Of a DNA stretch of 64,000 nt, positions 61,050 through 64,000 are shown in pieces. The notes beneath the pieces are model-generated. The model was not told where the DNA came from. It saw nothing but the letters and a program-made list of their open reading frames with translations, and ran no database searches. Both the position numbers and the translations under genes were made by a program. This DNA is from Oscillospiraceae bacterium (GTDB lineage: Bacteria > Bacillota > Clostridia > Oscillospirales > Ruminococcaceae): positions 59,661-123,660 of the forward strand of contig JAEEXH010000001.1 in assembly GCA_016291435.1 (NCBI GenBank), read 5' to 3'. Position 1 is the stretch's first letter, and every line of letters begins with the position of its first letter.

Positions 61050-61883
61050 TCAGCGATAGGTCGCGACGATCTCTTCCCTGCGCGTGCCGACTCTGTCGCT
61101 GCACTCATATTCCTCATGGAAGAGCACAGTCGACTGATTCAGCGGCACCACATGGCTGCCGCCCGCATGCGTGTAGCGCGTGATGCGGAAGGCAATGCGC
61201 TTGTCGTCAATGTCGTCGATCTGGATGGACATATCGCCCTCCGTCTGCTCGACGCCGATCATGCGCGTCGCTGCCGTGAACTGGAAGATCTCCGGCAGGC
61301 CGTAGGAGAAATTGTGAATGACCGTCAGCACCGGCTTGCGGACGGAAAGGATCCGCTCAAGCTGCGGCGTATCCGTGAAAGCGTCAATCGCAATGAGCTC
61401 GGGCGTCACGGAAAAATTCAGCGTTTTCAGTCTCGCGCAGCCTGCAAAGGCGCCGCTGCGGATCGCACGCACACTGCGCGGCAGCGTCACGGTCTCCAGC
61501 GCGGCACAGTTGTGGAAGCAGTTTGCGTTGATGACGGAAATGCCGCTCGGAATCGTGATCTCTCTGAGCAGCCCGCAGCCTTCAAACGCACCGATGCCGA
61601 TCATGCCGTTTGAGCCGTCGGGATAGTGCATTTCGCCGGGCATGACAATATTCTCCAGCATATCGCAGTCGCGGAAGGCATAGGCGCCGATCTCGCAGAG
61701 CTGATCGGACAGCGATGCCATGCGGAGCTTCCGGCTCTCGCGGAAGCCGCTCTCCGCAACGATGCGCACCGTATCGGGCATTACAAGCTCCTCGATCTCG
61801 CTCCCGCGGAATTCTCCGCGCTCCACGCGGTCCTTGAACTTATAGCGGATCTTGTCGCCCTGTCTCTTTTTGAACAATCCCAT
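61050..61883 (-). CDS. BspA-type leucine-rich-repeat protein (no signal peptide seen)
   Basis: Repeats of the type IGAFEGCGLLREITIPSGISVINANCFHNCAALETVTLPRSVRAIRSGAFAGCARLKTLNF. 277 aa. Confidence 0.75.
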   Translation of the reverse strand: MGLFKKRQGDKIRYKFKDRVERGEFRGSEIEELVMPDTVRIVAESGFRESRKLRMASLSDQLCEIGAYAFRDCDMLENIVMPGEMHYPDGSNGMIGIGAFEGCGLLREITIPSGISVINANCFHNCAALETVTLPRSVRAIRSGAFAGCARLKTLNFSVTPELIAIDAFTDTPQLERILSVRKPVLTVIHNFSYGLPEIFQFTAATRMIGVEQTEGDMSIQIDDIDDKRIAFRITRYTHAGGSHVVPLNQSTVLFHEEYECSDRVGTRREEIVATYR

Positions 61884-61906
61884 GGTAACCCAACCCCTTT
61901 TGTTTC

Positions 61907-62839
61907 TCAGAAATATTTATATTTTCCGGTGAGCCGCAGCAGCAGATCGAGGCGGATCTCATTCTGCATCTCGGGCTTCACCAGATAATATACATAGGTC
62001 TCGAGCACGTCAATATCCGGCAGGGAACGCCCCTCCAGCTTGAAATTTCGGAATCCGGCGGGCACATATTTCTCTTCGATGTCCTGCGGCGTCACATGCG
62101 TGCGGAAGCCGGTCGTCTGATAGAGCGGCAGCTCCATATACTTGCAGCGGAAGCTCTGCACCTCAAGCTGCGGCGGACGCTCGCCCGGCTTTGCATGCTT
62201 TGCCCATTTTGCGTATCTGATCTGCGATCTGCCGATGCTTTCATAGTGCGCTCTGCGGCGCGGGCAGTCCGGGTCGCAGCAGGCATCGACAAGGATCTCG
62301 CACTTCTCAGGCTTTGAGATCTGCGAGAGCACATCCCAGTTGTTGTTGTGGCGGTAATCGAGCACCACCAGCGCGTAATCCTTCTGAAGCTCCTCTTCGA
62401 GCGCGGCAGGGTCGGTGATCGCCTTGCAGGTCGAGGAAACGAGCGGGAAGCGCGGATACTTCTCACGGATATAGCTTTCGAGCAGCGGCGAGGCGACGAT
62501 CACCTCATTGAGCCCGTTGTCCGCAAGCTGCATCAGGCGGTTGCAGAATTTATCGGACAGATGCTCCTCTGTGAGCAGCGGGTTTGTAAAGGTATAGCGG
62601 CAGGGGATCCCGAGCGCATTGAACTGCTTTAAGACTTCCTTTATGACACGCTCGTCGCAGTTTCCATGAAAATACCGTCCGCCGTTCCAGACGGCAGTCG
62701 GGAAGACGCCGTACACCGAGCCGATCACGGCACCCTCGCGGAACGCCTCCGGGCGCTGCTGCATCATCCTGATCAGATGCATATTGAGCGAAAAATGCTT
62801 CAGAAAATCGGGGATATGATACCGCACGGTCTCAGCCAT
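61907..62839 (-). CDS. conserved hypothetical protein
   Basis: 310-aa ORF with coding-like composition. I do not recognise a motif. Confidence 0.6.
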   Translation of the reverse strand: MAETVRYHIPDFLKHFSLNMHLIRMMQQRPEAFREGAVIGSVYGVFPTAVWNGGRYFHGNCDERVIKEVLKQFNALGIPCRYTFTNPLLTEEHLSDKFCNRLMQLADNGLNEVIVASPLLESYIREKYPRFPLVSSTCKAITDPAALEEELQKDYALVVLDYRHNNNWDVLSQISKPEKCEILVDACCDPDCPRRRAHYESIGRSQIRYAKWAKHAKPGERPPQLEVQSFRCKYMELPLYQTTGFRTHVTPQDIEEKYVPAGFRNFKLEGRSLPDIDVLETYVYYLVKPEMQNEIRLDLLLRLTGKYKYF

Positions 62840-62857
62840 GTCGCAATGCTCCTTCGG

Positions 62858-63607
62858 TTATTCGATCACAGTGTAGGTGAGATCATAGGTAATGCCGTTG
62901 CCGTTTTCGTCGGTCGCGGTCATTGAAATCGGGTAGACGCCGGGCTCGGCGGTGTTGACATCGGCGGAGAGCACAAAGGTGACCTCATTGCAGATGTCCT
63001 CCCAGGAATCGACGAAATGCTTTTCCAGCACCATATCGCCGACATGGAACACGAGCGGATCGACGAACTTCACAGCAGGCGGGGTCGTATCCTGCGCATG
63101 CAGAATAAACGGGATCACCTCGCCGCCGATCTTCACATTGACAAAATAATCACCGGGCAGCACACGCGGCGGGAGCGTATCGAGCAGCTCCGCATCGGCG
63201 TATGCCTCCCCCAGCATCTCATGGATATCGACCTCCGTGCCGATCTCCCAGGTCATCTCCGGGCTCTCGATCGTGAGCTCTGAAGTCTCGATGCGGGTGG
63301 TGCCGTCCTCAAGCTGCATTTCGAGCGCGACGGTCTGCGTGCCGTCCTGATCCTTCGGGGCACGCTGATAGCGCACGGAGGAGACCATATAATCTGCGCT
63401 GTCCGCCAGGAACTCCTCCGGCTTCGGGAATACGCCGGTGTTCCAGACATGCAGGCTTTCGCGGAGATAGACGGTGCCGGTCGGCTGCTTGTCATTTCCT
63501 GCAAAGCTCGCGATCAGGAGGCAGATGCCGCAGAGCACGAGCACTGCGAGCAGCACACTGAAGGCGCCGCCGGCAAAGCTCACAGGTTTCTTCTCATTCT
63601 GATCCAT
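62858..63607 (-). CDS. membrane-anchored hypothetical protein
   Basis: ATG at 63607 (MDQNEKKP) lies 8 nt after AGGAAGG. One TM (FSVLLAVLVLCGICLLIASF) is followed by a beta-rich ectodomain. Confidence 0.65.
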   Translation of the reverse strand: MDQNEKKPVSFAGGAFSVLLAVLVLCGICLLIASFAGNDKQPTGTVYLRESLHVWNTGVFPKPEEFLADSADYMVSSVRYQRAPKDQDGTQTVALEMQLEDGTTRIETSELTIESPEMTWEIGTEVDIHEMLGEAYADAELLDTLPPRVLPGDYFVNVKIGGEVIPFILHAQDTTPPAVKFVDPLVFHVGDMVLEKHFVDSWEDICNEVTFVLSADVNTAEPGVYPISMTATDENGNGITYDLTYTVIE

Positions 63608-63784
63608 ATGTTTAACCTTCCTGTATGTTCGCTGTGAATGATCCACAGATTCTCAACTTATATTATACAGTGTTTTTGCGGCGTTGTCAAGCATTTTGCG
63701 GGGGTGCATTTTTTGAATCTGCACGAAAAACGGTTTGCGGTTTCCGCGTTTTTCTGCCACAATATGAGAATGCACCGCACGGTC

Positions 63785-63813
63785 TTGCAATTTTCGCGGT
63801 TTTGTGGTATACT
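63785..63813 (+). promoter_or_regulatory. extended -10 sigma-A-type promoter
   Basis: TTGCAA (63785-63790), a 17-nt spacer and TGgTATACT (63805-63813). Confidence 0.6.
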
Positions 63814-63832
63814 GCTAGAGATAAAGTATAGG

Positions 63833-64000
63833 CAACACCGCACAGAGCTGGTGGTGCAGATGCGCAGTCAGATTTTTCGTCAGATTGTATAGAAATGACG
63901 CCGCTGGGCTGGCGCCCAGCAAGGAATTTCTGTGCAAGATGGCGGAAAAGATGCAAGCAGATGCGCTGCCAAGCCGTCAGGCGGGCTTTGTGCGGTGTTG
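63833..64000 (+). ncRNA. candidate structured 5' leader or riboswitch-like RNA, truncated by the window end
   Basis: 12-nt perfect long-range complement: caacaccgcaca (63833-63844) with tgtgcggtgttg (63989-64000). It encloses about 144 nt with internal hairpins (gctggg ctggcg cccagc). No ORF start lies in between. Confidence 0.35.

Overview
GC-rich window that looks like a Clostridia chromosome, probably Oscillospiraceae/Ruminococcaceae. That guess rests on a dockerin-bearing glycoside hydrolase, NfnAB-like genes and the Gram-positive style promoters and ribosome-binding sites (RBS). The main feature is an 18 kb minus-strand array (4611-22512). It holds seven ECF-type sigma factor genes, each coupled to a paralogous single-pass membrane protein of about 540-585 aa. 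There are eight paralogs in total; one has become a lipoprotein. All eight share an invariant ectodomain motif, C-x4-C-x-H-x5-C (for example PLCARANCLHDGNEYC), which I cannot assign to a named family. Six modules carry their own ECF-type promoter, TGTAAn-N16-CGnTC. The seventh has reversed gene order and a different sigma factor, and it shares a roughly 45-nt upstream element with the adjacent ABC-transporter operon (1540-4501). I read the array as a multi-channel extracytoplasmic sensing system, conceptually like SigI/RsgI, but with an apparently undescribed sensor domain. The rest of the window contains: a leu/ilv cluster (leuA-ilvBN-leuCD ... leuB) interrupted by LysR, SGNH hydrolase and an antitoxin-less MazF; a DUF815 ATPase plus glyQS flanked by inverted 150-nt repeats; a canonical ECF/zinc-finger anti-sigma pair; tcdA and ttcA; a 7 x 17-bp palindromic tandem repeat; a 1190-aa polytopic membrane protein; a GH5 lipoprotein and a GH127-like dockerin enzyme; a cupin/Rrf2 divergent pair with three operator palindromes; a tail-less phage head-morphogenesis module next to smpB-ssrA; nfnAB; an LRR protein; and a truncated structured leader at the 3' edge. 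Most intergenic regions are filled with a mosaic family of short-hairpin, MITE-like repeats. The many long ORFs antisense to real genes are GC-driven artefacts.
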